From the NCBI RefSeq assembly GCF_009914755.1, contig NC_060932.1: a stretch of 64,000 bases of DNA. One strand, given 5' to 3'. The position numbers and the translations under genes are program-made. This document shows positions 59,783 to 64,000 of the stretch, piece after piece (positions within the stretch are counted from its first letter, which is position 1; each line of letters begins with the position of its first letter). The stretch comes from the human T2T-CHM13v2.0 reference genome, Homo sapiens. The notes under the pieces were generated by a model. That model made no database searches. It was not told where the DNA came from and was given only the letters and a program-made list of their open reading frames with translations.

Positions 59783-62739
59783 TCACGTTAAGACGTAGGT
59801 AGGTTAGCACTCTCTTGTAATACTTGCATTTAAGTAGGGAGCATTGTACGACAGAACCAGTGGAAGAGGGACTTTCAGATCCCTTGAAATTTGTCAGATA
59901 TTACATACCTACGTTGTTTGAGCTAAATGCTAACACTATTAACAAAACCCAGGAGTGGAGGTGCAGGAAGGGAATGCAGAATGGATTCGCCTTTCATCAG
60001 TGTGTGGTGTGATAGGACAGGGCGGTAGTGTACTAGAATTGGGTGGAGAGGGACAAATCTGTCAAAACATGAGAAGAAAAACTGATGTGCTAAGAAGAGA
60101 TGACATTACGTTTAAAATAAAGCTTCATGAAAAGCTATACAGTTGGGTAACACCCAATCAAAATAGTGCCGCTAATGGACTAATGATGAGCATGGAGATA
60201 TAACTGTGAATTATACATGGTAACTGAGGGAGGGGAGTGGGTGTAGAGAGAACAGAACTGGGGAAGGATATATAAAGGGAAAGTGAAAAGTTGGCCCCAC
60301 ATACACCAGGCCAAAGTTACAGAAAATGCCTTTGCTTTGCTTATTCTTCAGTAAAATACATTATTTTTTTCTCCTGGGTGTTCAACTGTAAGTGTGCACT
60401 ATTAGAAAACCATCAATAAAAAAATTGATAAACGAGGGAATAATTACTTAAAATATAAAATAATTACCAGCTTTACAAAAGAATTCTCTTCAAGGCTTAA
60501 GTGCCATTTAAAATAATGTTCAACATGCCAAAGAAATTTTTTTTTTGCATATAGTACAAACTTCAAAGAATTCTGTTTCATAAAGTAAGGATGGCTCATA
60601 TAATAGAGAGATAAAAGTTGCAGTGGATTTGGTTCAGCATTAAAAAAACAAAAAACATACACTGCTAATAGATAAAGGAGACAGAGAAACACAACCCACC
60701 TTCGGCTGTATTAAGGGGTCATTTTATATGTTGTGCCAGTAAGCTCCTGTTTCACCAAGAAGAATTCATTAAGTGAGAGCAAGTCAATGAAAATGAGCTT
60801 TATTAAAAAAGAACTGATGTAATTAAAGGTATTGGTGAAAACTAGCTCAGTTATGAAGGGGAAATGACTCAGCAGCAAATTTAAGAAATGAAACCATATA
60901 CATTAGAATCTTTTCCCAGTTTTAAGTTATTTCAGAAAAAAATATAACACTCCACACAATAGCCAAGGTGCACGCCAGCATGAAGGAGGAAGAAGTGCTT
61001 ATATAAAACTGTCATTCTTCACATACTAGTGAATTATAGCATTCATATGCTGGCAGGCCGAGCAGTCAATGAGGAGAGTAAGAAAGCCTGAGACTCAGGC
61101 TGACCCGGCTTCAGATGGGCAGTGGTGACTTTCATCAGTGCTGTTCTACATGGTACAGTCTAAATGAGAATACGTGACCTCTGAAATACTCAAGAGCTGT
61201 ATACTGGGGAAAATACGCCTAAGACTCTTGGAGCATCCCAGATCCAATAATATTTCTGTCAAAAAAATGTATAGGTAAGTCGAATGATAGAATATCCACA
61301 GCAGAATGGCTGTGCAATACGGTTTTGAAAAAGAATCATCCTATCCAAGTTTATGTGGTCTTAGTCACATGGCCTGAATATGGGACAAAAATCCACACGC
61401 CTCAAGTCCAAGCAATGTGCACACTGGGCGTTTTTGCAGACCTCAGATATATGGATATGCGATGAAGCCAGAGGGCTGTGTGAGGACTGGCACCTTCTTC
61501 CCCGGGAAGCCCTCAGCTTAGTGTTGTCTTGTGATCTGAACATTGGCCTGGAAGGAGAGAGAAACGGCCAGAGGCTTGGATTTGCCAGTGATGCCACATG
61601 ACAAGCCACTGCCTAGTCTAACACCTCCTAATACAGCACCATCACAAGGATTAAGTGCTCACTAGCTAAAAAATAAAATTAAAAGGTGGATCTGAAGGTG
61701 CTTTGAGTATTAGAACACTTAGACCCACCTCACCCTCATGCCAAGGATGGCAGGCAGAAAGCGGGAGGAGTGAAGAGGAACATTGTGAGAAAAAAGGAGA
61801 TGGAAGAAGGTTGGAAATTTCCAGCTACAAAATAATAAATAACCCATAGTAGACTAAGTTCCAAGTGGGTGGCGCTTTGCAAATGAGAATGTCATGTTTT
61901 CATACACTCTGTGATCCACATAACCTTTTTGCCCACCTCAGAGAGTTGCTAAGACCAACCAATGAAATATTGTCTGCAAGAGTGGTTTTTGAACTACAAA
62001 TCCCTTAATAATTTGCTGTGGTATGTGGTCTAAATGGTTAAAAAACAAAACAAAACAAAACAAAAAAACAAAAAAACCCACAAAACCTGGGAAGCTTGAA
62101 GAGGAATACCTGAAAATGGTTAGGCCTTTAGCAAGTCCCTGGAGTCTGCAGGCATTTTCTTCTTGAAATGTCTGCCAGCATGCGTTGGAACTGAATATTC
62201 TGGGGTAATAAAAGGGATATTTCACCTTATAAAATGCAAATAAAAGTTGAGTGATCAAGTTTGGGGGATGGGTTACTTCATGATCTAATTACTGTTGACT
62301 TATTGTGATATGTAAGGAAAGAGCGCTAGAAAAAGTCTCAGTGCATCTGAAACTTTATCTTACCTAAAGAATAAAAAGACCTTCAACACTTTCTACTCAC
62401 AATCCGCTGCTCTATTAACAAACAAAAGCAAAACCAAAGCCCACCACTTTCTATCTCTGAGCATTGTTCATGGTTGGGTGTCTCATGGCTTTGTTCCATC
62501 ACTCCTCAGGTAGAGGAGGTGTATTCTGTTCATCTTAATGGGTGTGTCTTTTAGGGGAGGAAGAAAAAAAAAAGTAGGCTGGTTTGAATTTAAGTTAATC
62601 CCTGCCTTCTGATATTTATACAGCTTATTTTTATTTAATGTTCCAACAGACAAGTAGCCTATATGCCAAAGTAGCAGAAAAGGCAACATTTAAAAAATGG
62701 GCCAGTCTCCTCAATAGAATTGGGTACACACGTTCACCA

Positions 62740-63197
62740 AAAGATAAAAATAACAGTGTACGTCACAATATTATTCAACATAGCTAAAATCTAGAAAGGT
62801 TACATAAATTATGAGACAGCCACATAACTGAATATTATACAGGCATGAGAAGAATAACCTGTGACTATAAACAGATACAATATTGAGTGAAAGAAACAGA
62901 AAACAGATTCAAGATTGAGTCACCAAAGAGTATTTACAGTAAGATTTCACTTACGCAAAGTACAAAAACAAACACAACTAAATTATGTTGTTGGGAGACA
63001 GAACAGTGGTGACCTTTGGGGAGAGGGTGTGACTGGAAGGGGATCATGGGGTGGGGGCTTCTGGGAGGCTAGCGTGTCTCCTGAGCAGGATACTGATTAC
63101 ACAGGTGTGTTCAGTTTATGAAAATACATTAAATGTACACTGATGTACACTTTTCTGCAGTATATTGTATTTCAGTGAGAAGTTTTTCAAAAAAAAT
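62740..63197 (+). mobile_element. L1ME-type 3' end
   Basis: gtggtgacctttggggag...tacacaggtgtgttcagtttatgaaaatacatt...tgtacacttttctg. Confidence 0.7.
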
Positions 63198-63579
63198 GGA
63201 GCAGCCTTCTAAGTTGGCAGGATTCAGTTAGACTTGCTTTGACGTGTGCTCTGAGGCCATCTGTTCTCAAACCCCCTGTTCCCACAGATCAGGATGCAGC
63301 TGAGGCACAGAAGCTTGATTTGCTTCGAGGCTTTGCAGCTGAGACCCGGAACATATGAATGAGTATTTTACTCTTACTGTAAATCATTGAGTCAGTAAAT
63401 AGATCTATAAATTCAGTGGATGCTATTTTAGTAATATGGATTTTGTTCCATTTTTGAGATGTCTTAAAAACCTTAGAGATTTCACATCTCCTGTACGAAA
63501 GAAATCATCTATAAAAACGGTCTATTGAATTTATTTAAGTCAACAAAGGATTTTCTTACTGATATGTGATCAGGGTCTC

Positions 63580-63760
63580 ATTTAATACTAATTTAGAAGG
63601 TCCCTTTGGAAACAATCATGCTATGATTTTAACTCCCTCATTTTGTGGGTCAGGAATCTGATACCCAAAGAGGTTAAATGATATGCGTATGGCCATGCAA
63701 ATATTCCAAAGCAGAATATGGACTAGAATTCAGGTTCCCTAACTGCTAAACCAATTTACT
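63580..63760 (-). mobile_element. MIR
   Basis: cctcattttgtgggtcaggaatctgatacccaaagaggttaaatga. Confidence 0.55.
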
Positions 63761-64000
63761 TTTCATTCTAGCTTTCTGGCTTCCACATTATTGTTGATTC
63801 ACAGAATTATGAACAACTAAAAACAGATGATATAAAATTGACAGTGTAATGACACTAAATGTTTACTTCATTGTGACAGTCATATTTTCTAAAGAGCAGG
63901 GCCAATAAATTACGTGGCCCTGAGTAATTACTGGTTTTTAGAAATTAGCTAACACCAGTTTAGAAATTAATATGTTAACAGTACTTGAAAAAAATGGAAT

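Noticed and set aside
62100-62128. cctaaccattttcag|gtattc recursive-site-like motif on the minus strand
   Set aside because: The donor is weak and the branch point is only ~10 nt from the AG.

Overview
This is primate, almost certainly human, genomic DNA. It holds the 3' end of STAU2 (Staufen homolog 2, a dsRNA-binding protein) on the minus strand. Two spliced coding exons (10513-10601 and 9272-9365) encode the STAU2 C-terminus AALSALKQFSEQGLDPIDGAMNIEKGSLEK/QAKHLREKADNNQAPPGSIAQDCKKSNSAV*, followed by a ~1 kb 3'UTR with tandem polyA signals. Positions 10602-64000 are part of the very long preceding intron, and 1-~8250 is downstream flank. Much of the rest is interspersed repeats: about 25 Alus, L1PA/L1M, L2, MIR, MLT1 LTRs and hAT DNA transposons. 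Repeat boundaries and subfamilies were called by eye and are approximate. No other credible protein-coding gene was found, and nothing in the window establishes a new biological system. The best leads are: (1) a near-perfect 32-bp hairpin made by an inverted duplication inside an MLT1D LTR in the STAU2 intron; (2) a CpG-rich patch that appears to be old L2/MLT1 sequence strongly shifted AT->GC; (3) candidate recursive-splice/microexon sites at 62.4 kb and 41.1 kb; (4) a zero-divergence AluYb with only 6 of the 8 Yb8 diagnostics; and (5) signals for a convergent antisense transcript over the STAU2 3'UTR.
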